The translations under genes and the position numbers were made by a program. A stretch of DNA of 64,000 nucleotides from a virus, in IMG/VR virus record IMGVR_UViG_3300042541_001664, positions 9,457 to 73,456 of that record; one strand, written 5' to 3'. Below, piece after piece: positions 9,993 to 19,938 of this stretch. Below the pieces are notes generated by a model. That model saw only the letters and a list, made by a program, of their open reading frames with translations. It made no database searches and was not told the origin of the DNA. How positions within the stretch are numbered: the stretch's first letter is position 1; every line of letters begins with the position of its first letter.

Positions 9993-10066
9993 TTAGGATG
10001 ATAGGATTTGAACCTACAACATCTTGCTCCCAAAGCAAGTACTCTACCGGGTTGAGCTACATCCTA
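9993..10066 (-). tRNA. tRNA-Pro (TGG)
   Basis: acceptor TAGGATG/CATCCTA, anticodon arm CTTGC-TTTGGGA-GCAAG, T-loop GTTCAAATC; no encoded CCA. Confidence 0.93.
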
Positions 10067-10072
10067 ATTTAG

Positions 10073-10145
10073 TTGCGGAGAGTAGATTCGAACTACTGTC
10101 TCTGGGTTATGAGCCCAGTATACTAACCAATTATACGACCCCGCC
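10073..10145 (-). tRNA. tRNA-Met (CAT), initiator (fMet) type
   Basis: anticodon arm CTGGG-CTCATAA-CCCAG with three G-C pairs, unpaired G1:A72, T-loop GTTCGAATC. Confidence 0.9.
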
Positions 10146-10153
10146 ATTTTTTT

Positions 10154-10312
10154 CTATGAGTAATAAAAATTAATATACTCTGGATTTTCTAAATCCATTC
10201 TCCTTAATTTTTTATAATTATATCTTTTAAAGAATTTCTTAACACTTGTTGACATTTTTGCCTTTTTTAAAGAACATTGTTCACAAGTACATGCTTTTAA
10301 TGGATCCTTCAT
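10154..10312 (-). CDS. small basic Cys-containing protein
   Basis: MKDPLKACTCEQC; lies downstream of a host-type promoter. Confidence 0.6.
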   Translation of the reverse strand: MKDPLKACTCEQCSLKKAKMSTSVKKFFKRYNYKKLRRMDLENPEYINFYYS

Positions 10313-10336
10313 TTTGTTATTGTTTTTATTACTACA

Positions 10337-10368
10337 CAAAGATAGAGTTTATTTTTTATAAAGTCAAA
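10337..10368 (-). promoter_or_regulatory. Bacteroidota-type sigma-A promoter
   Basis: TTTG-N20-TATCTTTG on the minus strand, upstream of the small ORF and the tRNAs. Confidence 0.7.
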
Positions 10369-10376
10369 TCTTCACA

Positions 10377-10652
10377 TTAAATATCTGATAAAATATTTTT
10401 TAACGCTTCAATTGTGGATTTATTACCAGCTTTTACATTCCACTGGGTTGTATTTTCATAATCAGTATAACTATAATCATTATAAATCTTAGCAATCCCA
10501 TCATCAAATTGTATTTTCCACATAATATTTGTACCCTCAGTAAAAGTGGGCATCCCAAAGGTGTTTTCAATTATATGATAAGGTATATTAACCAAACTTT
10601 TTTCTTTTAGTCCAGTTATATTTATATCCTTTCCGACTGTAAAATTACTCAT
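10377..10652 (-). CDS. hypothetical protein
   Basis: 91 aa ORF in a co-oriented run. Confidence 0.7.
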   Translation of the reverse strand: MSNFTVGKDINITGLKEKSLVNIPYHIIENTFGMPTFTEGTNIMWKIQFDDGIAKIYNDYSYTDYENTTQWNVKAGNKSTIEALKNILSDI

Positions 10653-10664
10653 AATTAATTTTGT

Positions 10665-11039
10665 TTAGTTATATCCAAAGAGTTCGTCTAATTCATTTTT
10701 AGTTAACGAAATAAAACTTTTTTTATTTTTAAATTTAACAAAAATTAAAATTTCATCTTCTTTAATATTAGATATTTTAACGTAGTACTTACCAAAATTA
10801 TTTTTGTAAGACTTATTAGTTAATAAAACATTTTTAAAATCAGAATAAATACGATGTAATTCTTCATTATTTGCATTAAATTCTATTACACCCAAATCCC
10901 TTGGGTTTTTAGTTTTTTCATTATCAAAAACTAAAAAATACTCATATTTATCTCTAACCAATAAGTCGCATTTAAATTGTGAAAACAATATAATAGGACT
11001 AATAGTTAAAACTACAATTAATAGTATTTTACTTCTCAT
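10665..11039 (-). CDS. putative secreted protein
   Basis: start MRSKILLIVVLTISPIILFSQ resembles a Sec signal peptide. Confidence 0.65.
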   Translation of the reverse strand: MRSKILLIVVLTISPIILFSQFKCDLLVRDKYEYFLVFDNEKTKNPRDLGVIEFNANNEELHRIYSDFKNVLLTNKSYKNNFGKYYVKISNIKEDEILIFVKFKNKKSFISLTKNELDELFGYN

Positions 11040-11646
11040 TATTGATGATATCATAGTAGTAAGAATTTGTGTTTTCAGAAACCCATCTATCAGAAACGGA
11101 TTCAACAGATGGTATATGTGTATCTACTTTTATATCTTTTAAAGGCATTGGAAATTCACTAGTTACCCAATTTGAATCTTTCCAGATAATCCTATTGTTA
11201 GGCATTGCCAACAAATAACCCTCGTCAGAAAACAAAATATGGGCACATTTATAGTCAGATGGTTCTTCTGATGAAGCATTATTAAACCAATCAACAGTAA
11301 ACATATAATTCCCCCAAGTTTTGGTTTTGTCTCTTAAAATGATTTCACATTTTAAGCCTTCCAGATATTCAAATTTCATTACCTCGCAATTTTCAGAAAA
11401 ACAATCCCATAATTGCTTAAAATGAAAAGGAACATCATTTTTTGGCTCAAACATAAAAACCTCTGATAATGGCACTCTACTTCTTAACATCCCATAATCA
11501 GTCATAACGTGGAATGTTATTATTTTGTTTTGAACAGATTGCAATCCGAAAACAAATACCGAGTCAAATGTATTAAAATCAGTTTCCTCTTTTGTAAACC
11601 AACTTCTTCTAACAAACGCTTTAAATTCTGGAATATTATGATTCAT
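11029..11646 (-). CDS. phage protein of unknown function
   Basis: 205 aa; QLWDCFS, YMFTVDW and MPNNRIIW resemble a family in T4-like aquatic phages. Confidence 0.75.
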   Translation of the reverse strand: MNHNIPEFKAFVRRSWFTKEETDFNTFDSVFVFGLQSVQNKIITFHVMTDYGMLRSRVPLSEVFMFEPKNDVPFHFKQLWDCFSENCEVMKFEYLEGLKCEIILRDKTKTWGNYMFTVDWFNNASSEEPSDYKCAHILFSDEGYLLAMPNNRIIWKDSNWVTSEFPMPLKDIKVDTHIPSVESVSDRWVSENTNSYYYDIINNEK

Positions 11647-11658
11647 ATATTTCTATTA

Positions 11659-12210
11659 TTAATCAAATCCTTCGTCATATTCATCATTTATTATTTCACC
11701 TTTTATAAATCCAGGCTTAATCATTTCTATTATTTCATCATCAGATTTGGAGGCTAAAACTGTTGAGTTTATATGTAAATAACCCCCAACCTCTAATCCT
11801 TTTGGTAGAGAATGTAAACTAGATCCATCTAAATGTAAATCGCCACCAACTTTTAATCCTTTTGGTAATGAAAAAATATATTGACAACTTGCTAAAATTA
11901 AATCACCCCCAACTTCTAACCCTTCTGGTAATGACCTTATATCTGACTCCTCTAATACTAAGTGACTATTAACTATTAAACCTTTTGGGAGTGTTTCTAT
12001 TTCTGAATATGATAAATCCAATTCACCATCAACTCTTAATCCTTCTGGTAATGATTTTATTTCTGATTGTGTTAAATACAAATCACCTTTAATATGTAAA
12101 TCATCTTCTGTTAATGGTATATTATTTTCCCATTTCCACAAAAACGGTGTTTTTATTTTTTCATTCTTTTCAAGAAAAGAAAATATATTCTTTAATGTTT
12201 CTTTTTCCAT
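11659..12210 (-). CDS. LRR-like solenoid protein, paralog 1 (5 repeats)
   Basis: MEKETLK N-cap, SLPxGLxVGGxLxL repeats, MIKPGFIKG C-cap. Confidence 0.9.
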   Translation of the reverse strand: MEKETLKNIFSFLEKNEKIKTPFLWKWENNIPLTEDDLHIKGDLYLTQSEIKSLPEGLRVDGELDLSYSEIETLPKGLIVNSHLVLEESDIRSLPEGLEVGGDLILASCQYIFSLPKGLKVGGDLHLDGSSLHSLPKGLEVGGYLHINSTVLASKSDDEIIEMIKPGFIKGEIINDEYDEGFD

Positions 12211-12228
12211 TATTTATTCAAAATAATT

Positions 12229-12816
12229 TTACCACGCTCTACAACTCCAATATCTTGCTTTGGTTTTTGGTCCAGGATTATCACAATTGTGTCTTGCTCT
12301 AAAATTTTTTCTTCTTTCTGGGTTTGATTTTTTAATTCTCATCACTTTACCTTTTGCAGATGTTCCACCAAATCCAAAATTAACTTTTATTACATTACCT
12401 TTTTCATTTTTAACAAAAACTTTAAATTTTTTCACATCCCCCTGCATAGGTTTATTTAAAGTGACTGTTCTTCCTTTGTATTTTGCTTCATTTAGATTTT
12501 CAGACTCATCTTCAATTGGAGCATCCAGATAAACCATTTTACCCTCATACAAGCCAATTCTGCCAATATCAGATAAAACTATTTGTTCATCTTCTTCATT
12601 TAATTGGATTAAATTATGCATCCATAAATCTCTAACTTCATTTATCAAATCAAAATATTTTTCAGAATAAACCTTAAAAACATTATTTGATAGAGTAAAA
12701 CCATTTTCAATATGGTATTGTAATTCTTCAGATATTTTTGTATCTTCTAATAGAACTAATGTTTTATTTAGTTCTTTAATTAAATTTTCTTTAATTATTT
12801 TAGTTAAATTAGACAT
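12229..12816 (-). CDS. phage protein with basic C-terminal domain
   Basis: KVNFG...RRKNFRARHNCD...ARYWSC, seen in large viruses; LNE site before the domain. Confidence 0.8.
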   Translation of the reverse strand: MSNLTKIIKENLIKELNKTLVLLEDTKISEELQYHIENGFTLSNNVFKVYSEKYFDLINEVRDLWMHNLIQLNEEDEQIVLSDIGRIGLYEGKMVYLDAPIEDESENLNEAKYKGRTVTLNKPMQGDVKKFKVFVKNEKGNVIKVNFGFGGTSAKGKVMRIKKSNPERRKNFRARHNCDNPGPKTKARYWSCRAW

Positions 12817-12904
12817 AATTATTATATTTTTATTATAAATATATCCATATTATAATAATTATAGTTATAACTAATATAGTTATTAATAATATTAATCATA
12901 AAAA

Positions 12905-13531
12905 ATGGAACTGTCAACTGTCAAAGAAAAATTATTAGGAGTAATCCCAAATCAAGTTATTAATGAATTAGATATTATATTTGATAAATATGAAATTAAC
13001 ACAATTTTACGAATTTCCCACTTTTTGGCACAATGTGCCCATGAATCTGGAAATTTTTCTGTAAAACAAGAAAATTTAAACTACTCAGCCAAAAGATTGC
13101 AAGAAGTATTTGGGAAATATTTTACAACACACGCAAAAGCATTGTTATATGAAAGAAAACCAGTGAAAATTGCAAGTCTGGTATATGGCAATAGAATGGG
13201 AAATGGTGATGAACAAAGCATTGAAGGATACAAATATCGAGGTAGGGGTTACATACAATTAACAGGAAAGAATAATTATTTATTGTTTGACAAATCATTA
13301 AATGAAACTGGTTTGGAGGTTGATATCATTGGTAATCCTGATTTGGTTGCTACAACATATCCATTGATTTCTGCTGCTTGGTTTTTTAACAAAAATAATT
13401 TGAATGAGATTGCTGATCTCGGAGGGACAAAAGAGATAATTACAAGAGTTACAAAGAAAGTAAATGGCGGAACGCACGGACTAGAATCAAGAATTTCTTA
13501 TTTCAATAAATTTTTTAAAAAAATAAATTAA
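12905..13531 (+). CDS. glycoside hydrolase family 19 endolysin
   Basis: FLAQCAHESG, YRGRGYIQLTG, TKKVNGG. Confidence 0.93.
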   Translation: MELSTVKEKLLGVIPNQVINELDIIFDKYEINTILRISHFLAQCAHESGNFSVKQENLNYSAKRLQEVFGKYFTTHAKALLYERKPVKIASLVYGNRMGNGDEQSIEGYKYRGRGYIQLTGKNNYLLFDKSLNETGLEVDIIGNPDLVATTYPLISAAWFFNKNNLNEIADLGGTKEIITRVTKKVNGGTHGLESRISYFNKFFKKIN

Positions 13532-13533
13532 AA

Positions 13534-15339
13534 ATGAAAAAATTAAATTTAATATTGATATTTTCAATATTATCATTTGTATTATTCTCTCAAAAGAATA
13601 AACCAATATCTATTTTCTTTGAAACAAATTCAAAGGAGTTAAGGTCAACATCGCACAACTATGCGACCCCCCTCATATTAAACAAAAATAATATTAGGGA
13701 AATTATAAATAATAATTTGGATTCCCTAACAATAGAATTACCAACACCAGAAGGTATTAAAATCCTTCAATTAACCAGAATGGAAATATATGTGGATAAC
13801 CCAAAGATATATTCTGAATGTAACACCATATACGAGCCACAATCACTTATTTATTCTGGGAAGGTTCAAGGTAATGATAGTGCATTTGCGTCTGTTGTAA
13901 TCAACGACAATAGTTTCCAGACCTATATTATGGGTGATGGTGAGGGTTGGATTTTTGGCCCAGTAGAGAAGGGATTTCACGGTGTTTGGCATGAATTGGA
14001 TGTGAAGCAGACAAAAGAGTTCAAATGTGTTTTACCAAATGAGGAGGAGTTTTTTAAAGAAACTCCAATGTTTGAATATAACCAAGAAAAATCAAATAAA
14101 ATCAAAATTATAACAATGTATTTTGAGGCTGATTATGATATGATTGAAAAACTTGGTTCAGGAAAAGAAGTTATTAAATTTATTGAAAACATATTTGCAC
14201 AAACTCATTTAATTTATTTAAAGGAGGGAGTTAATATTAAAATTGCAAGGTTTAAATTATGGGATAGACCAAGTGGTTATAATTATGAAGGAATTAATAT
14301 GTTATATTCTTTTGCCAATCAGTTTAAATCAGAGGATCAATTACCTGAAACATTTGGGCAGTTGGTATCGTTAAGAGATGGATTGGGTGTTGCCTTTCTT
14401 AGTTCACTTTGTGATATTGCAAAATGGAGAACAAGTTATGCTGGTCTGGATATGGAAACAGGTATATTCCCAAATTATTCTTGGAATACAACAGTAATGA
14501 CCCATGAGATTGGGCATTTACTTGGTTCACCCCACACACACGCTTGTTGGTGGAACGGAAATGGAACAGCATTGGATGGTTGTTGGTTTGTTGAACAAAC
14601 AGGCCCAGTAAAATGTCCAGAGTTGGGTGTTACGCCCCAAACAAAGGGGACAATAATGTCATATTGTCATTTGAATCAAAATGTAGGTATAAATTATAAG
14701 TGGGGATTTGGTGAACAACCAGGGAATAAGATAAGGAGAAACATAGCAGAAGCTATTTGTTTACCACTTGTAAGTATTCCTAATGATTGTAGCAAAGAAG
14801 ATTCAACATATTCAAAAATAAAAATAGAAATAGATAGAAATGGTTTTTTTGAAGATTTTTATTACAACATAAAACAAGATGGGGTTACAATTGTTGATTA
14901 TAATAAAAACATAAAAAGATTATCAAATGATACAATAATATGTTTGAAAAAAGATTCTTGTTTTACGCTAACTCTGATACATAATGCAAAAGCACCTTTC
15001 AAAAATAAAATTAATTTTAGAATATTGAATGGCTTTGATACTTTATTTCAAGTAAATAATGTGTATATTATAAATGATACGATAAAAATATGCCCAAAAA
15101 TTGAAGCTGAAAAGTATATTAGTAGAATTATTAATAATAACTATTGGGTTAACAATTATGATCCTGAATTATTACCATCTGATAGATGGGTTTTATATAA
15201 TTTTTTGGGTCAAAAAGTATTAGAGGGGGTTGGAAAGTTCAATTTAAATACCGAGGAAAGAAATATTGAAACTGGGCTATATGTTTTAACAAAAAACAAT
15301 GTATTTCACAATAAATATTTTATAAAAAAAATAAATTAA
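13534..15339 (+). CDS. secreted reprolysin/M12B-like zinc metalloprotease with T9SS-type C-terminal domain
   Basis: signal peptide, HEIGHLLGSPH, Met-turn TIMSYC, C-terminal YNFLGQKV...TGLYVL. Confidence 0.85.
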   Translation: MKKLNLILIFSILSFVLFSQKNKPISIFFETNSKELRSTSHNYATPLILNKNNIREIINNNLDSLTIELPTPEGIKILQLTRMEIYVDNPKIYSECNTIYEPQSLIYSGKVQGNDSAFASVVINDNSFQTYIMGDGEGWIFGPVEKGFHGVWHELDVKQTKEFKCVLPNEEEFFKETPMFEYNQEKSNKIKIITMYFEADYDMIEKLGSGKEVIKFIENIFAQTHLIYLKEGVNIKIARFKLWDRPSGYNYEGINMLYSFANQFKSEDQLPETFGQLVSLRDGLGVAFLSSLCDIAKWRTSYAGLDMETGIFPNYSWNTTVMTHEIGHLLGSPHTHACWWNGNGTALDGCWFVEQTGPVKCPELGVTPQTKGTIMSYCHLNQNVGINYKWGFGEQPGNKIRRNIAEAICLPLVSIPNDCSKEDSTYSKIKIEIDRNGFFEDFYYNIKQDGVTIVDYNKNIKRLSNDTIICLKKDSCFTLTLIHNAKAPFKNKINFRILNGFDTLFQVNNVYIINDTIKICPKIEAEKYISRIINNNYWVNNYDPELLPSDRWVLYNFLGQKVLEGVGKFNLNTEERNIETGLYVLTKNNVFHNKYFIKKIN

Positions 15340-15430
15340 ATTGACTTTTTATAGAAAATAAGATATTTATGTATTATTTTAAATAACACTCCTCCATCTT
15401 TGGAGTTTATATATCCAATTTTCCTAAAAA

Positions 15431-15465
15431 GACCTAGCAATAAATTTGTTGGGTCTATTTTTTTT
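15431..15465 (+). terminator. intrinsic terminator
   Basis: gacctagcaa-taaa-tttgttgggtc followed by a T-run. Confidence 0.6.
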
Positions 15466-15475
15466 CGTATATTTG
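15445..15475 (+). promoter_or_regulatory. Bacteroidota-type sigma-A promoter
   Basis: TTTG-N19-TATATTTG. Confidence 0.7.
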
Positions 15476-15501
15476 CAAACTAAACAAATAAAATAACACA
15501 A

Positions 15502-15873
15502 ATGAATAAATTAATTAATTTTATTAAATGCCTCTGGAAATTCGGACCAACATTTTGGAATTACCCATATTGGGACTATACTTTTATGTTAAAAAGTATG
15601 AAAAATTCAACAGAATTAATGCTGGATTCGTATATTAAAAACAAAATAGATAATGAGGATACAAAAAATCTAAAAAGAATTATTTACTTGTTAGATAATG
15701 CAATAAATGATGTGTATTATTTAAGTAATTCGAGTGATTTTGCTAATTCTGACGCATATGCTCGTAATATTAAGGAAATGATTAAAAAAGAGGAAAGAGA
15801 TTGGGAGGAATTATTTGAAAGATTAAAAGGAAATTCAAAAGGAATAGAAGGAATAAAATCTTGGTGGGTATAA
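15502..15873 (+). CDS. hypothetical phage protein
   Basis: 123 aa; WNYPYWDY near the N-terminus, GIKSWW at the C-terminus. Confidence 0.75.
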   Translation: MNKLINFIKCLWKFGPTFWNYPYWDYTFMLKSMKNSTELMLDSYIKNKIDNEDTKNLKRIIYLLDNAINDVYYLSNSSDFANSDAYARNIKEMIKKEERDWEELFERLKGNSKGIEGIKSWWV

Positions 15874-15884
15874 AAACAAAAACA

Positions 15885-16550
15885 ATGAAAATAACATTTA
15901 TTTCAGACACTCATAATAAGCACAAAGAATTAACAGATAACAATTTGTTAATTGGTGGTGATGTCATTATTCATAGTGGTGATATTTCAGGTCGGGGTTA
16001 TGAGAATGAGGTAACTAGTTTTTTGGATTGGTTTCAAGATTTGGACTACACTCATAAGATATTTATTGCTGGTAATCATGATTTCTGGTTTGAGAAAGCC
16101 TTTGATATTGATAAAAAATATAAAGACAAAGGTGTTGTTTATTTATTTGACCATTTTGTTAATATAGATGGTTTGAATATCTACGGATCACCTTGGCAAC
16201 CAGCATTCTTTAACTGGGCATTTAATTTACACACAAGTAAGGACTTAAAATATTATTGGGATAAAATACCTGATAATCTGGATGTCCTTATCACACATGG
16301 TCCACCAAAGTACACATTAGATGTGTTACCTACTGGAGTCAATGTTGGATGTGAGGAATTAGCAAAGCGCATTGGGATTGTTAAACCAAAAATACATTGC
16401 TTTGGCCATATCCATTCTGGTTATGGAGAAAAATATGTTGATGGTGTCCAATATTTCAATGCCGCTGTCTTGGGGGAGAATTATAAGTTAACAAATAATC
16501 CAATTAATATAGAATATAATATAGAATCAAAGGAAATTGTCTTTATTTAA
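15885..16550 (+). CDS. calcineurin-like metallophosphoesterase
   Basis: SDTH, HSGD, AGNHD, THGPP, GHIH. Confidence 0.93.
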   Translation: MKITFISDTHNKHKELTDNNLLIGGDVIIHSGDISGRGYENEVTSFLDWFQDLDYTHKIFIAGNHDFWFEKAFDIDKKYKDKGVVYLFDHFVNIDGLNIYGSPWQPAFFNWAFNLHTSKDLKYYWDKIPDNLDVLITHGPPKYTLDVLPTGVNVGCEELAKRIGIVKPKIHCFGHIHSGYGEKYVDGVQYFNAAVLGENYKLTNNPINIEYNIESKEIVFI

Positions 16551-16570
16551 AATGTAAACATTTATTATAA

Positions 16571-16601
16571 AAAAGTTTGGGGTAAAAAACCCCAAACTTT
16601 T
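16571..16601 (+). terminator. intrinsic terminator
   Basis: aaaagtttgggg/ccccaaactttt inverted repeat. Confidence 0.75.
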
Positions 16602-16645
16602 CTTATTTAGGATATTTAGCATATTTATAATAAAAGAAAATAGAT

Positions 16646-16942
16646 ATGGATGAAAATACAATAGCAACAGTATTTGTTACAGCAATAACTGTCTTGGGGT
16701 CAGCAAGTGCCTGGAGATTCTATGAAAAAAGGGCTGAAAGACGTAGAGAAGAAGATAATTTTATCAGAGAAGATTGTAGGGATAGAATTGCTAAACTAGA
16801 AGTCTTATTATTAAAAAGTTCAGAAGAAAAAGACCAGATGAGGGAAACCATTTTGAAATTGGTTGAGCAAGTTTCAGCATTAACAGTAAAAGTTCAATTT
16901 TTGGAGGAAGAAAATAAGATGTTAAAGTTAAACAACCATTAA
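16646..16942 (+). CDS. single-TM coiled-coil protein, possibly lysis-related
   Basis: N-terminal hydrophobic helix followed by a heptad-rich tail. Confidence 0.7.
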   Translation: MDENTIATVFVTAITVLGSASAWRFYEKRAERRREEDNFIREDCRDRIAKLEVLLLKSSEEKDQMRETILKLVEQVSALTVKVQFLEEENKMLKLNNH

Positions 16943-16949
16943 CAAAACT

Positions 16950-17429
16950 ATGGAAAAACAAACACTAAAAAATATACTTAATTTTCTTGAAGATAATGAA
17001 GAAAAAAAACATAAATACAAAAATACATTTATTTGGAAAGATGTGTTTAATGAGTCATTAACAAAAGAAGATTTAGTTTTTAAAGGTGATTTGTATTTAG
17101 AGAATTTAGATATATCAGGATTACCAGAAGGATTACAAGTTGATGGAGATTTGAATTTATACTCTTCCCCCATACAAGAATTACCAAAGGGCTTGAAAAT
17201 TGGGGGAGATTTGGATTTATATGGTTCAGATATAGATAAATTACCAGAAGGGTTAAAAGTTGGGCGTGATTTGAACATACAATATTCATTTATTTCATCA
17301 TTACCAAAAGGTTTAAAAGTATATGGTGATTTGAATATTGATTCTTCAAAATTATCAAGATTTTCTGATGAAGAATTATCTAAAATGATTATACCTGGAT
17401 TTATATTAGGAAAAATACATAGACAGTAA
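16950..17429 (+). CDS. LRR-like solenoid protein, paralog 2 (4 repeats)
   Basis: MEKQTLK N-cap, LPxGLxVG repeats, MIIPGFILG C-cap. Confidence 0.9.
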   Translation: MEKQTLKNILNFLEDNEEKKHKYKNTFIWKDVFNESLTKEDLVFKGDLYLENLDISGLPEGLQVDGDLNLYSSPIQELPKGLKIGGDLDLYGSDIDKLPEGLKVGRDLNIQYSFISSLPKGLKVYGDLNIDSSKLSRFSDEELSKMIIPGFILGKIHRQ

Positions 17430-17466
17430 AAATTTAAATATTTTTCATTATCTTTACAAAAAAAAG

Positions 17467-17664
17467 ATGAAAAAAGAAACCCCAACCAACACGCCAAAGA
17501 AATACACCAGAGTGTTTACTGATGAAAATTCAACAACCACTTGGTTTTATGATGAAGCCATAACAACGAAAGGACCTGTTGAGGTAGTAATAAAGTACAA
17601 TAGAGTTTACGAAGCCAATTTAAATAAGGAAATAAGTAAAACGGTTAAAAAGGCAAGGACTTAG
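17467..17664 (+). CDS. hypothetical protein
   Basis: 65 aa; TATCTTTA promoter-like element upstream. Confidence 0.6.
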   Translation: MKKETPTNTPKKYTRVFTDENSTTTWFYDEAITTKGPVEVVIKYNRVYEANLNKEISKTVKKART

Positions 17665-18158
17665 TTCTTGCCTTTTATAACACCCAAGCAATGCTTAATG
17701 TATTCTCTCCCCCTTGGTGAAACGCTTTCATCATTATAGACTTTTTCTAAATCTTTAACTAGTTCTTCACCGTGCTTATTTTCTTTATATAATTCAATTA
17801 TTTTATCCATAGCAGAAACACATTGATTACTTGTTTCATCAAAGTAATTGTATGGTTTATATTGATTTATCATCTTAGATACTTTAAAGCATAAGTCTTC
17901 ACCCCTATCGTTTAGGTTTGGTCTTGTTCTCATTGTTTTCAAAGTTTCAATCATATCTGTTAGTGAATTAATCCCAGATTTTCTAATTTTAATTCCTTCG
18001 ATATAATCTTCTTGTTCGTCTTCACCAACAATTTCTTCCAGACTCTTAACATTATTTTTGTGGCAGAATTTTCTATCTTCTTCTTTTGATTTCTCATTAA
18101 GATATAGATTTTTTATTCTAATCTTGTCTTCATTACTTATGCTAAATTTTATACTCAT
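17661..18158 (-). CDS. hypothetical protein with YLNE leader
   Basis: start MSIKFSISNEDKIRIKNLYLNE; ATATTTAT upstream. Confidence 0.7.
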   Translation of the reverse strand: MSIKFSISNEDKIRIKNLYLNEKSKEEDRKFCHKNNVKSLEEIVGEDEQEDYIEGIKIRKSGINSLTDMIETLKTMRTRPNLNDRGEDLCFKVSKMINQYKPYNYFDETSNQCVSAMDKIIELYKENKHGEELVKDLEKVYNDESVSPRGREYIKHCLGVIKGKN

Positions 18159-18243
18159 GTTGTTATTTTTTATTATTACTATAAATATATATTTATTCAA
18201 AAAAAATAAATAAAAAACTATTTATCTAAAAAAATATACTAAT

Positions 18244-19293
18244 ATGAATTTAAATTTCAGTTCAACAGATGTGGCATTAGCTAAAAAAATCAATTTTGAT
18301 TTGATTGCTAAACACTTCAAAGCATTAGAAGAGGGTAATGACATTATTCTGGATTTGCCCCCAACCCAAATACAGGCTTTATCAAAAGCGACTGCATTAA
18401 ATAATCAACCAAGTTGGGGTTGGAATTTCCTACAAAGCCAGATTCTCGATGAAAAATTGAAATCTGGTAGTAATTTTAAAAGAAAAATTCTTTATTGTGT
18501 TGTTGATACTATGGCTTATCCGACACATACTGCATTAACGTCAGATAATCAATTTGTTGATAAGAAGTTTTGTAAAGACTTTACAACTGATAGTACCCAA
18601 GATGATGGACACGGACACGGACACCATGTTGCAGGTATTATATTAGGTAAACATCCGCAATATAAACTTGGTGTTGGCTATGTTAATGGTGTTAATCACG
18701 GGGATTTAATTATGGCACAAAAAGGATTAGGTTCTAATGGCGGTGGATCAACACAAAGTTTAATTAATGCTATAAATCACGGATTAAATGTTTGGAAAGA
18801 TAATTTTAAAGATTATTTATTGGTGTTTAATTTCTCTTGGGGTGCAACCACTGAAAATAATGCAATAACTAAAGCTATAAATGAAGCAATAAATAATGGA
18901 GCATTTGTTAATGCTGCTGCTGGTAATAATGGAACTGGTTTATTATCATTTCCGGGGGGCTTGCAGAATGTCATTTCTTGGGGTGCACACGATAGTAGGG
19001 GTAACAAGGCATCTTTCTCGCAATATGGCAACACGCTGGTCGGTATTGCCCCTGGTGTACAAATTTGGTCATGTTTTAAAGATAATAATTCTTATGTTAG
19101 TTGGGATGGTACATCAATGGCAACACCGCACGGAACAGCAGCAGTTGGATTATTATTAAAATACAATCCAGATATTAAGAATCAGAATGATTTAAAAGAA
19201 TACTTGGTAAACAATCTAACTGATGGTGGTAAACCTGGTAGAGATGATTGGTATGGTTATGGGTATCCAAAATTCGATAAATTATTTAAGTAA
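18244..19293 (+). CDS. subtilisin-family (S8) serine protease
   Basis: triad VVDT, HGHHVAG, GTSMATPH; oxyanion AAAGN. Confidence 0.95.
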   Translation: MNLNFSSTDVALAKKINFDLIAKHFKALEEGNDIILDLPPTQIQALSKATALNNQPSWGWNFLQSQILDEKLKSGSNFKRKILYCVVDTMAYPTHTALTSDNQFVDKKFCKDFTTDSTQDDGHGHGHHVAGIILGKHPQYKLGVGYVNGVNHGDLIMAQKGLGSNGGGSTQSLINAINHGLNVWKDNFKDYLLVFNFSWGATTENNAITKAINEAINNGAFVNAAAGNNGTGLLSFPGGLQNVISWGAHDSRGNKASFSQYGNTLVGIAPGVQIWSCFKDNNSYVSWDGTSMATPHGTAAVGLLLKYNPDIKNQNDLKEYLVNNLTDGGKPGRDDWYGYGYPKFDKLFK

Positions 19294-19309
19294 TAAGTTT
19301 TGGTTGGGG

Positions 19310-19843
19310 TTATTTGGATTTTATAAACTCTTTAAAAGTTATCCAGCCCCAATCAAAATATTTTTCATTCACATATTGTGGTTGGTACATAAAAGGACAA
19401 TCCTTTCCAGAAATATCAAAATGTCTGTAAACATCATCAGCGGTTAATTTATGCTTTTCAAATAAATGATGTAATAAATTTTTTACATTATTTATGGTTT
19501 TTCCCCAATCATTGTCTATATTTACACACATTTCAATGCCAATGAAATAATCATTTGGACTTCCACCTTGGGGAACTAATGCTTTTCTAACTGGTAGATT
19601 GCTTTTTCTTTCTCTATCACCAACATGATAAGCAACTTCATTATCTGGTATTAAGTAAATTGTTTCTTTATCATCAACAACATAATGAGTACAACCTATT
19701 TTCCAATTATTTTTAAAATAATTCAAATGAGAGGCAGCCCCAGCACCACTTCTAGTATTAGCAGTCCAATGAACTATAATACCCTTTAATTTCTTTAATG
19801 GTTTTTTTGGGCGTTCTGGGATAAAATTTTCAGTAATTTTCAT
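19310..19843 (-). CDS. N-acetylmuramoyl-L-alanine amidase (Amidase_2)
   Basis: VHWTA, THYVVD, IGIEMC, RHFDISGKDCP; start MKITENF. Confidence 0.9.
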   Translation of the reverse strand: MKITENFIPERPKKPLKKLKGIIVHWTANTRSGAGAASHLNYFKNNWKIGCTHYVVDDKETIYLIPDNEVAYHVGDRERKSNLPVRKALVPQGGSPNDYFIGIEMCVNIDNDWGKTINNVKNLLHHLFEKHKLTADDVYRHFDISGKDCPFMYQPQYVNEKYFDWGWITFKEFIKSK

Positions 19844-19938
19844 TTTATATATATTTATTATAAATATTATGAAATAAAAAATTTTGATTAATAAATTTTT
19901 TTCACTAATATTGATATTTATAATTAAAAAACAAAATA

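Noticed and set aside
9964-10038. N-terminal extension of ORF 9694..10038
   Set aside because: Runs through tRNA-Pro; the start is better placed at 9963.
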